From Candidatus Micrarchaeota archaeon (lineage in GTDB: Archaea; Micrarchaeota; Micrarchaeia; Anstonellales; Bilamarchaeaceae): 64,000 bases of DNA. Below, piece by piece: positions 29,237 to 37,517 of this stretch; the stretch's first letter is position 1; each line of letters begins with the position of its first letter. The position numbers and the translations under genes were made by a program. The stretch is from NCBI GenBank assembly GCA_043816005.1, contig JBDRIM010000041.1, forward strand, positions 19,509 through 83,508, read 5' to 3'. The notes beneath the pieces were generated by a model that ran no database searches, was not told where the DNA came from, and saw only the letters and a list, made by a program, of their open reading frames with translations.

Positions 29237-30349
29237 ATGAAAATCGCGATTTTTTCTGATCCTCATTTAGGTTACCTAAGATTTGAAGAGGATAGCTATA
29301 TTCAGGCTGAGAGAGTTATAGTTGATGCATCAGAAAAAGCAGACGTTATTCTTTGTGCTGGAGATGTTTTTGATGTAAAAATTCCAAAATTGGAAACGTT
29401 GAAACATGCGGTGGAAATTTTCAAAAAGGCAAAAAAACCAATATACGCAATTCATGGAAATCACGAAAGGAGAGCGAAGGAAATGGTTAATCCAGTTCAA
29501 TTGCTTGCTTCGAGTACAGAAATGGTGTTGTTGCATGGATCCGACGCAACATTTGAAAAAAATGGCGAGAAAATACAAATATTTGGAATGGGAAGTGTAC
29601 CGGAAGAATATGCTGAAACTGCATTGAAGAACGTGATGCAAAAATTTAGCAAGCAGGATAGTTCGTTTCGAATTTTGATGATACATCAATCCATAAAAGA
29701 GCTAGTGCCTGGCGGAACGGAAGAACTTTCACTTGAATATCTTGAAAGTTTGCCATTTGATTTGATTATCAATGGGCACATCCATGAAACAATAATAAAA
29801 TTAGATGGACGTTTTCTTATACCTGGAAGTACAGTGATAACGCAATTAAAAAAAGATGAGACAGCACCAAAAGGATATTACATATATGATACGAAAACCA
29901 AAAAATCAGAATTCATAGCTGTTGAAACCAGAAAATTCTTCTATGAAGAATTTAAATTTGACAATAAGAGCGAGATAGAAATTAGAAAACAAGTAAAAGA
30001 AAAAATTGAGAGTCTAAGATCAGAAAGCAAGGATGCAATAATTGTTATAAAAATCAAAGGTAAATTAAAAGATGGATTAAATAGTTCGGACATAAGAATA
30101 GATGAATACGAAAATGTTTACATTGACAATAAACTCAACGAAGAAAATCTAGCTGCAAGAATCGAAAAAATCAAGAATAATCGTGAAGCAAATCTTTCGG
30201 TAAGAGAGATAGCAGTTAGTGAGCTGAAAAAGAAAACCGAGAATAAAATAACACTATTTGATAGTTCTGATTTATTTGAAAAACTCCTTGAGGGACCTGA
30301 AGAAACACTTGTTTACCTAGAAACACATAATAAAAAGGAAACTGGTTAG
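29237..30349 (+). CDS. mre11: Mre11/SbcD-type DNA repair nuclease
   Basis: SDPHLG, AGDVFD, HGNHE, GHIH, PGS. Confidence 0.85.
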   Translation: MKIAIFSDPHLGYLRFEEDSYIQAERVIVDASEKADVILCAGDVFDVKIPKLETLKHAVEIFKKAKKPIYAIHGNHERRAKEMVNPVQLLASSTEMVLLHGSDATFEKNGEKIQIFGMGSVPEEYAETALKNVMQKFSKQDSSFRILMIHQSIKELVPGGTEELSLEYLESLPFDLIINGHIHETIIKLDGRFLIPGSTVITQLKKDETAPKGYYIYDTKTKKSEFIAVETRKFFYEEFKFDNKSEIEIRKQVKEKIESLRSESKDAIIVIKIKGKLKDGLNSSDIRIDEYENVYIDNKLNEENLAARIEKIKNNREANLSVREIAVSELKKKTENKITLFDSSDLFEKLLEGPEETLVYLETHNKKETG

Positions 30350-30435
30350 TAATAACAAGCCAGATGTGGCTTAGTAAAAAAATTCGTCAAAATTAACAAA
30401 AAGTTTTTTGTCGAACTTTTTTTCTAAAAAAGTTC

Positions 30436-30680
30436 GCAGGGATGACAGAGCCCGGTCTGGCCCCTTTTCTTTTGGAAAAGAAAAGGCCCCAGGGTTCAAA
30501 AGAAAACTCTGGCTTCAAAAATAGAATTGGGGCTCCGGAAAAATGTGCGGCGCTTAGGAAGGCTTTTTGTCTCGTGCTTCTCAAAGGGAAAAAACCCTGG
30601 AAAAAGGTCATGAGATAAACAAATGCTTTATGAAACGCCGTGGCTTAGTGCCTGCGCAGGTTCGAATCCTGCTCCCTGCA
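30436..30680 (+). tRNA. tRNA-Leu(TAG) with two introns (D-loop ~30458-30539; canonical ~30559-30634); island attachment site
   Basis: GCAGGGATGACAGAGCCCGGTC / AAATGTGCGGCGCTTAGG / ACGCCGTGGCTTAGTGCCTGCGCAGGTTCGAATCCTGCTCCCTGCA; stem CGGCG/CGCCG; long variable arm. Confidence 0.9.
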
Positions 30681-30875
30681 TCTAGTTTTTTTCTATAATC
30701 TCAACCTTTTTCGTCAATGACCAGATGGTCATCCGTTTCGTGTCGTGAGTTTTGCCGAGGTAAAACTCAGGTGATCGTCTAACCCCGTTCAGGCCTCAGT
30801 TTATAAAGAACTCAGGCAATTGACGAGATGACCTCAGGCCAGAGCTTAAATACAACCTACCTCAGAACCCCACAC

Positions 30876-32066
30876 ATGAACGAGTATACCATATACAAGC
30901 ACCAGACGAATATGGTCCAGGAGTTAAAGCGCCTGGCAAGGGACGATTTGCCAGAGCCAACCAAGAAGAAAATAGAAGAATTCGGAAAGATCAGGTTGGC
31001 AAGGGGCACCACAAAGTTAAGGATAGTTAAATGCATGTGGTGTCTAAGATCACTTGCCAAATGGCTTGGAAAGGATTTTTCCGACGCTACAAAAGAAGAT
31101 TTGCTTAACCTTGTAACTGCGCTTGACCTAAAAGATTATGCTGAACACACGAAATACGACTTCAAAATAGTTCTCAAATTATTTTACAAATGGCTGCTTG
31201 GGAATGATGAAGAATTTCCAGCAGTAATCAAATGGCTTAAGCCCAGAATGAAGAGTCAGAAACATAAACTACCCGAAGAGCTCTTAACGGTTGAAGAAGT
31301 CCAAAAACTGGCAAATACAACTACAAACGCTCGAGATAAGGCTATTATTTTGATTTTATACGAGTCTGGTTGCCGCATAGGTGAATTGCTTTACCTCAAG
31401 CTGAAGAACGTTTATTTTGACAATTACGGCGCTGTTTTACGCGTTTCTGGCAAGACCGGAGATAGACGAGTTAGGATAATAGCCTCGGTACAAGTGCTAA
31501 CCCAATGGCTCCAAGAGCATCCTGATAAGGACAATCCAGATGCACCACTTTGGCCTGCAAGGATGAAAAGATACAAACCTGAACCTTTTGCTTATGCTTC
31601 GCTTTTGATTATGCTGAAATGCATTGCAGTTGCTTGTGGCATTAGAAAAAGAATCTACCCCCATCTTTTCAGGCATAGCAGAGCTACTGCCTTAGCAAAT
31701 AATCTTACTGAAGCCCAGCTCAAGGAATATTTTGGTTGGACTCAGGGCTCGGATATGGCGGCTACTTATGTACATTTATCAGGCAGAGACGTTGATACAG
31801 CGTTGTTGGCAATGTATTCTTTAGCGGATAAACCAGTTCAAAGAGAAACAAAACTTGATATCAAAATTTGCTCCCGCTGCAAAGAAAAGAATTCTCCAAC
31901 ACAATCATTTTGTGGAAAATGTGGCAATCCATTTGATGACAGACTTTTATTTGACCCCAACAAGAAGCCAAACGAACTCATGAACATTTTAATCGAAGAT
32001 GAAGAAGTCAAAACTTTGTTATTGAGGAAAATTACGGAAAAAGGCCTACAGAATTATTTAGGGTGA
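30876..32066 (+). CDS. Tyrosine recombinase/integrase with C-terminal zinc ribbon
   Basis: YESGCRIGEL, GKTG, HLFRHSRAT, FGW..GS.M..TYVHL, CSRC...CGKC; likely start is the ATG at 30876. Confidence 0.95.
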   Translation: MNEYTIYKHQTNMVQELKRLARDDLPEPTKKKIEEFGKIRLARGTTKLRIVKCMWCLRSLAKWLGKDFSDATKEDLLNLVTALDLKDYAEHTKYDFKIVLKLFYKWLLGNDEEFPAVIKWLKPRMKSQKHKLPEELLTVEEVQKLANTTTNARDKAIILILYESGCRIGELLYLKLKNVYFDNYGAVLRVSGKTGDRRVRIIASVQVLTQWLQEHPDKDNPDAPLWPARMKRYKPEPFAYASLLIMLKCIAVACGIRKRIYPHLFRHSRATALANNLTEAQLKEYFGWTQGSDMAATYVHLSGRDVDTALLAMYSLADKPVQRETKLDIKICSRCKEKNSPTQSFCGKCGNPFDDRLLFDPNKKPNELMNILIEDEEVKTLLLRKITEKGLQNYLG

Positions 32067-32085
32067 TTAGATAGACTGGTGGAAA

Positions 32086-32643
32086 TTGGCTGAATATCTT
32101 ATTGGCGGAGCTGCCATTATTGTTTTTGGCACAATTTTGGCAGTAATTGCCACGCCTTTTGTAATTGGCTACTTTATCACGATAGGACTTTGGAATCTTT
32201 ACGATTGGATTCACGAGAAATTCCCAAAAAAGAAAATGGAGATGAGAAAAATGTCAGCTGCTGAAATAAAGGAATTGGAGGAAACGAAGCAAAAAATTAA
32301 GGAGGATGAACGCAAGGAAAAGGCAAGTTTATTGCTGGAATTTGAAGAACTGGCAAAGAAAAAAGAGGAACTGAAAAAAGACATTGACAAACAAACTGAA
32401 ATGCTTGAAAAAATGGTTAAAGTTGTTCGAATTGCAACCTATGCTGACCCCTTCAGCCATGGCTATGATATGCGCCATACAACCAATACCCTTGCCAACT
32501 TCAATATAAGCGATATAGATAACTATGAACGCCTAAAATCAAAAGCACTTGAATACGAACGTCTGACCTTCAGGATGTTCACTATCAACCAAAAATTGAA
32601 GCTGCTGGGCCTTGATTACCGTGTGAGGGGTCCTTATGCTTGA
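32086..32643 (+). CDS. Membrane-anchored coiled-coil hypothetical protein
   Basis: Hydrophobic N-terminus followed by an E/K-rich helix. Confidence 0.6.
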   Translation: MAEYLIGGAAIIVFGTILAVIATPFVIGYFITIGLWNLYDWIHEKFPKKKMEMRKMSAAEIKELEETKQKIKEDERKEKASLLLEFEELAKKKEELKKDIDKQTEMLEKMVKVVRIATYADPFSHGYDMRHTTNTLANFNISDIDNYERLKSKALEYERLTFRMFTINQKLKLLGLDYRVRGPYA

Positions 32644-33493
32644 TGACAAAATACCTATTTGGCTGGCAAGGTACATCGAAGAACTTGCTGCCACGCACAG
32701 AGCAGAAGAAAATATCAAATTAATGCAAATCAAGGCAAGTGAAGGGGAGCGTAGGGAAAAATATCAGGAAGAACTCCAAAAACTAAAGGAGATGCATAAA
32801 AAAGAAATAGACAGGGAATTGACTAAGTTAGACCGATTCTATGAAATCCTTGCCACAACAGGTAAAACCTATCGTGAAGCCGAGGCCGAGATTTATCATA
32901 ATGAGGATTTTTACAAAGCGTATGAAAGAAGATTGGCAGAAGAAGAAAAAAGAAAAGAAGAAGCAAGGCATTACATGAGGGTTCCAGAGGAAAAGGAACC
33001 TAAGCACAGGACGCCTACCATCAGGCAGCCAGCGCTTAATTTATACCTTGAAAAAAACGTGAATGTCAAAGACATGGATATATTGCTTAACAACAAATTC
33101 AAACGCATAAAAATAAGTCCGTTTGGTGATACTGGAGCGGCTTATTATTGGATCAAAACTCGTTATAACGAAGGAAAGGAACACGCTTTCTTTTGTTATT
33201 TGATAGAATCTGAATTGAAAAAGCATATCAGAAAAATAAGATTGAATGTCAACAATGGTCCAGATGTGGAGTTTGAATATAACAAGAAGAAATATTGCTT
33301 TGATGTTGAGACTGGCAAGAAACTTGAACGCAGCAAGGTTTCAGTTGACTGGAAATATTCCAAATACAAAAAGGAATATGATCAGATTTTCATTCTGGTA
33401 ACCAGGAAATCCTTGAAGTACAAATATACTCGATATGGTACGGTATTAACCAGAGGCAAGCTAAAAGATACTATTTCTACTATATTCGCTTAG
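32636..33493 (+). CDS. Hypothetical protein: coiled coil plus PD-(D/E)xK-like C-terminal domain
   Basis: EHAF...GPDVEF...FDVETGK. Confidence 0.55.
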   Translation: MLDDKIPIWLARYIEELAATHRAEENIKLMQIKASEGERREKYQEELQKLKEMHKKEIDRELTKLDRFYEILATTGKTYREAEAEIYHNEDFYKAYERRLAEEEKRKEEARHYMRVPEEKEPKHRTPTIRQPALNLYLEKNVNVKDMDILLNNKFKRIKISPFGDTGAAYYWIKTRYNEGKEHAFFCYLIESELKKHIRKIRLNVNNGPDVEFEYNKKKYCFDVETGKKLERSKVSVDWKYSKYKKEYDQIFILVTRKSLKYKYTRYGTVLTRGKLKDTISTIFA

Positions 33494-33507
33494 GCGTTCT
33501 CTCGCTA

Positions 33508-33645
33508 CTATATATCTATATATAGATATATAGGGAGGTCGTTAGGGGTTAGTGATTTTGGTAGTTTATCGAAGTGAAAACTACCGGAAATCAACTTTAA
33601 TTAGGGGTAGGTAAATCTTACTCCTAAAATTTAGGGGTGAGTGAA
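33508..33645. repeat. 26-bp perfect palindrome, three TTAGGGGT direct repeats and an inverted repeat
   Basis: CTATATATCTATATATAGATATATAG at 33508-33533; TTAGGGGT at 33542, 33601 and ~33632. Confidence 0.7.
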
Positions 33646-33651
33646 AATGAG

Positions 33652-34754
33652 TCAACAAACTTTGTTATGATCTTCACTGCCAAACAATTCGTTGAATCTA
33701 GCGGCCACCCTTTTCCTGAACTTGTAGGAATTCGCAAATTCGGCATATGCAAGCCAGCCTTCCAAGCTTTGAACGATTTCTTTTCTGCTCATTTCACCCT
33801 TATCATATCTCATTTTGAATTTATCCAAGCGTTTCCATATCCTTCTCGCGTTGCTTTTCTTCAATAATCTGTATTTTGTGAATATTCTGAAACCGAGAAA
33901 AGTTATCCCTCTTCGTAATGGTATAATCCTTGTTTTTTCAGGGTGAAGTTCAATTTTCAAGTTCTCTCTCAGAAAGATATCTATTTCATGTTCCCAGTTT
34001 TCCAATACTCTTTTATCATTATGCAGAATAACGAAATCATCCACATAACGGATATAATATTCGGCGTTCAATTCGTGTTTTACGAAATAATCGAGTTCAT
34101 TGAGATAGAAATTGGCGAAAAATTGCGAGGTCAAATTACCTAACGGCATTCCCCTACCAACAACTTCTATTTTATGATTTTTCAATATGGTTTCAATTAG
34201 CCACATAACTTTTTCGTCTTTGATTTTTACTCTGATCAACCTAAGTAAAATTTCATGATTTACAGTTTCAAAATAGTGTTTTATATCTGCCTTGAAGATA
34301 TAACCGATGATGGCATTATTGTCCAAATTCGTTCTCCCCCCCCCATTTCGGCATTGGAATGGTTGGTGGAGACTGCCCTCAAGAACTTTTCAAACCGTTT
34401 TATCGCCGGATGGGTTCCCTTGCCTTTTCTGTTGGCGAATGAATCGAAAATGAAGCTACTGCCTAGAATTGATGAAATGACATTGCACAACGCATGATGG
34501 ATAACTCGGTCTCTGAAATCAGATGCACCAATTTTCCTCGTCTTTGGATCTTTCACAATGAACATCGTGATAGGTCTTGGCCTGTAGGTAAAAGTTTGAA
34601 GTTCAAACTGCAGATCACGAAGATTTTGCTTCAGATCGGCTTCAAAATCTATCACGTAATCCTTCAACGTTTTTCCCTTTCTTGCGTTAAGGAAAGCAAG
34701 CTCGAGGTTTTCATAGGACGTGAGTTGTTCGTATAAATCGTTATACCATCGCAT
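33652..34754 (-). CDS. DGR reverse transcriptase, split by a frameshift at a G9 tract (34336-34344)
   Basis: N-part: ARKGK, DPKTRKI, FRDRVIHHAL, RKGKGTH. C-part: KADIKHYF, GMPLGNLTSQFFAN, YIRYVDDF, FLGF. One extra G gives a single 367 aa ORF. Confidence 0.93.
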
Positions 34755-34814
34755 ACAATATGAAGAAGATGAGAAATAGAGATAAAACCCAAGCATTGTA
34801 GGTTAAAGTCATTT

Positions 34815-34898
34815 CCGAATCATTGGACCAGTTGTCATTGGCATTGACGTTACGCCGGTTGTCGTTGTTGAAGTTGTTGCCACGGCCAAGAGGACCGC
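34815..34898 (-). repeat. DGR template repeat (TR)
   Basis: 84 bp, AAC/AAT-rich (23 adenines on the sense strand); differs from 35399-35482 at 9 sites, all TR adenines. Confidence 0.95.
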
Positions 34899-35141
34899 CC
34901 AATGTAACCCGCTTACTCAAATGGTACTTGCGTACCTCACCGTAACTTCAGGTTTCGCAAAAGAACGAACTACTAACTGTCGTTACTGAATTTCATAGCC
35001 GATAATCAGATGATTACAGGCACTATAAGCGAGTGTGTGGCCCTAACCTACAAACCATGAACTATTCGTTCATGATTAGCCAATAAATTGGCCAAAGCTA
35101 GGGATATTAATTAGAAATAGAAAATTAAAAAATGAAAGGGA

Positions 35142-35813
35142 TTATGCTTTTGGCTGAATTGATTCTATTTTTCCTGCCAGTTCTCTTAGGAACGCAGCCT
35201 CATCTAGGATTGGCTTAATTAAACTGGCATGCGCATCTACGCTAAGCACTGCACCGAGGCGTTCTGTTAGTCCTTTTGCTACAGTTTCTAATAGTTCCGC
35301 TCTTTGTACTAGTGTTTTTGGGTTTGCAACATCAACCAACTTTTCTTCAGGTACTCCTACCCGCGGCGCGGTCGCTTCGCGACCAATTAACGCCACCCCC
35401 GAATCATTGGACCAGTAGACATTGGCATTGACGTCACGCCGGTTGTCGACGTTGAAGCCGAGGCCACGGCCAAGAGGACCGCTAAAGCTTCGATCTTGAT
35501 AACGATATAAATAGAGTGCGTCTGGATTATCGCGATTGCTTGCTTTGCCATTCGGAATAGCAAACGGATTACCATCTGGCACGTACCAACCATCTTTAAG
35601 AGGCAAATCTATGCTGACTTCAGCTTCGCCTTCATTATGGGCTTTCGCCTTTGTCGCACCTCGTTCGTAGATGAGCAACGTAGCTGTTCTGGCTGGTAAG
35701 AATCCTCTTACATTTTCCCAATCAGTACGAATTGCTTCACTAAGCACGGCATGAATCATCATCCTTCTCGGATCGGTTGTTTTTTCATACTTCGGAACGG
35801 TTACAGGACCCAT
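35142..35813 (-). CDS. DGR target protein with internal variable region
   Basis: Contains the VR (GPLGRGLGFNVDNRRDVNANVYWSNDS) followed by ~85 more codons; GAGGTG RBS upstream. Confidence 0.9.
   Translation of the reverse strand: MGPVTVPKYEKTTDPRRMMIHAVLSEAIRTDWENVRGFLPARTATLLIYERGATKAKAHNEGEAEVSIDLPLKDGWYVPDGNPFAIPNGKASNRDNPDALYLYRYQDRSFSGPLGRGLGFNVDNRRDVNANVYWSNDSGVALIGREATAPRVGVPEEKLVDVANPKTLVQRAELLETVAKGLTERLGAVLSVDAHASLIKPILDEAAFLRELAGKIESIQPKA
35370..35384 (-). promoter_or_regulatory. DGR target-recognition hairpin downstream of VR/IMH
   Basis: GGTCGC-GAA-GCGACC, 14 nt after the VR; absent downstream of the TR. Confidence 0.8.
35399..35482 (-). repeat. DGR variable repeat (VR)
   Basis: 75/84 identical to TR; codon changes AAC>CTC, AAC>GGC, AAC>GTC, AAC>GAC, GAC>GTC, AAC>TAC. 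Confidence 0.95.
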
Positions 35814-36007
35814 AGATACACCTCATAAACTTATTTGAATTGTATTGATTTTAATATAATATTATAGACCCAATATCCTTAAAAAGCTATCATTTACAAC
35901 AATTAGAAACTAAGAACGCCTATAGTAGATGTTTGGGACTAGATCCTATCAACCCCAAAAGTAAAGGCTTATATATTTATCAGGTTATATCTATATCAGG
36001 TGGTATT

Positions 36008-36277
36008 ATGGGAGCAGTACAAATACAGATGGTTCATTCTCCAACGCTTAAAACAGTTATGGCAATCGAAGAAGTTATCAAAAATTCTGATATGGCAATA
36101 AGTCGGAACAAAATATTAAGTAATTTACCAACCGCAGTAATGCGCTCAACCTTGAATACTGCATTAGATTATTTGGAGAAAAAGGGAATTATACTGGAAA
36201 CTAAAAAAGGATTTGTATGGACTTTTAATCCAAGTAAGAAACTAGCCAGGGCTGAAGAAGACGGATTAGAGGTTTGA
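36008..36277 (+). CDS. Small winged-helix protein, candidate antitoxin/regulator
   Basis: HSPTLKTV...LNTALDYLEKKGII; translationally coupled to the next gene. Confidence 0.65.
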   Translation: MGAVQIQMVHSPTLKTVMAIEEVIKNSDMAISRNKILSNLPTAVMRSTLNTALDYLEKKGIILETKKGFVWTFNPSKKLARAEEDGLEV

Positions 36278-36279
36278 TT

Positions 36280-36678
36280 ATGGTAAAGAAGGCAGTAACC
36301 ATAAAGCTTCTGGGTGAAGCCAAAGAGGAATATTTGAAACTGCAGGAAACAGTCAGGCAAGAGATAGAAAAAGATATTACCACGTCATTCCATCAGACAC
36401 TTCTACGTTCCATTGATTCGAAAATCGCCCTTCTTAAGGCTAATTATTCCTATGGAATCCAGATACCAAGAAAGCAGATTCCACGAACCTATTTGGAGAA
36501 TTATGAAGTTACTAATTTATGGAAGGTTGACCTTTCGGGTTATTGGCGTCTTATTTATACGCTAAAACAGCCTCAACGAGAGGAAACAGAAATAGATATC
36601 ATAACAATATGGCTTGATGTTCTTGATATTTTGGATCATCCGACCTATGATAAAAGGTTTGGATATCGAAAAAGGTAG
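36280..36678 (+). CDS. RelE-like toxin candidate
   Basis: NLWKVDLSGYWRLIYTL...ILDHPTYDKRFGY resembles archaeal RelE/ParE-superfamily proteins. Confidence 0.6.
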   Translation: MVKKAVTIKLLGEAKEEYLKLQETVRQEIEKDITTSFHQTLLRSIDSKIALLKANYSYGIQIPRKQIPRTYLENYEVTNLWKVDLSGYWRLIYTLKQPQREETEIDIITIWLDVLDILDHPTYDKRFGYRKR

Positions 36679-36901
36679 TTGAAGACTCTAGATTCATTCT
36701 TGAGTTTTGCTCCCTGCACTTTCTTTTCCTCTGAGTTCTTCAGCCACCATGTCGAAATTATCGCCATGAACTTTCCTTCCGTCAAGGGAGGTTCTGATGT
36801 AAGATCTATTTAAGCTCTGGCCTGAGGTAAGTTAGACGATGTCATGGTCGACGAATCGACCATGAGCATGCTCGTAATCGATGCGTCGATTACGACATTG
36901 T

Positions 36902-37084
36902 CTAGGTCGAGGCAAACAATTCGTTGAATCTAGCAACAACCCGTTTTCTGAATTTGTAGGAGTTGGCAAACTCCGCGTAAGCCAGCCAACCTTCCAAGCT
37001 TCGTACGACTTCAGCTCGTGCCATTTCTCCTTTATCACATTTCAGCTTAAACTTTTCAAGGCGTTTCCAGATTCTTCTTGCATT
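36902..37084 (-). pseudogene. 3' remnant of a second DGR-type RT
   Basis: Translates to NARRIWKRLEKFK...EGWLAYAEFANSYKFRKRVVARFNELFAST*; 48/57 aa identical to the island RT C-terminus; no start or catalytic part. Confidence 0.9.
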
Positions 37085-37106
37085 TTTTTTAAAAAAATAA
37101 AAAAGA

Positions 37107-37487
37107 TTATTCTCTTCTAGTTAAAAATGCACCAATAGAAATTGCACCTAGAAGAAACGCTGGAGCACAGCAATTGGAGGTTGATTGAGTAATTGGAGGA
37201 GTGACTGGGGGGGTTATTGGTGGAGTGATTGGATCTTGGATAGTGTCCATACAATCCATATAATTAGTAAAACATGTTGGACAATGTTGATCCATTAAAT
37301 CGTATACTTCATCGTCAGTATAAGAACTATCAATCATACAATCGTCTTCAACATCAGACCATGTACCACCCATGCTTGGACAACATGATATTGCACACGG
37401 ACGTGTTTGATCCCAACAATCCTCTGCAGTTACAGCAAATGTAATTCCAGCAACTAAAAGCAGTAGCAATGGATAAATTAATTTCAT
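37107..37487 (-). CDS. Small secreted Cys-rich protein with TPP repeats and C-terminal anchor
   Basis: Signal peptide, several Cys, (I/V)TPP repeats, CCAPAFLL hydrophobic tail followed by RR. Confidence 0.7.
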   Translation of the reverse strand: MKLIYPLLLLLVAGITFAVTAEDCWDQTRPCAISCCPSMGGTWSDVEDDCMIDSSYTDDEVYDLMDQHCPTCFTNYMDCMDTIQDPITPPITPPVTPPITQSTSNCCAPAFLLGAISIGAFLTRRE

Positions 37488-37517
37488 ATTACCACGGTTT
37501 TGTATTTCAGGTGAGAT

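Larger units (their letters stand above)
30670..36718. mobile_element. tRNA-Leu-integrated island carrying integrase, DGR and TA pair
   Basis: Direct repeat TGCTCCCTGCA at 30670-30680 (tRNA 3' end) and 36708-36718; integrase adjacent to attL. Confidence 0.8.

Noticed and set aside
30366..30375. GTGGCTTAGT matching the tRNA-Leu variable arm, as a possible att site or split-tRNA piece
   Set aside because: Only 10 bp, upstream of the tRNA, with no supporting structure; plausibly chance.
33541..33640. TTAGGG(G) as telomeric repeats
   Set aside because: Three spaced copies at an internal position, not a tandem array.
33652..34796. RT as group II intron, retron or CRISPR-associated RT
   Set aside because: The LGNLTSQ motif, short length and adenine-specific TR/VR pair identify a DGR; no intron domain V, msr/msd or cas genes seen.
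37180..37232. TPP repeat as a DNA repeat element or second VR
   Set aside because: It is a low-complexity linker of a secreted protein with no similarity to the TR.
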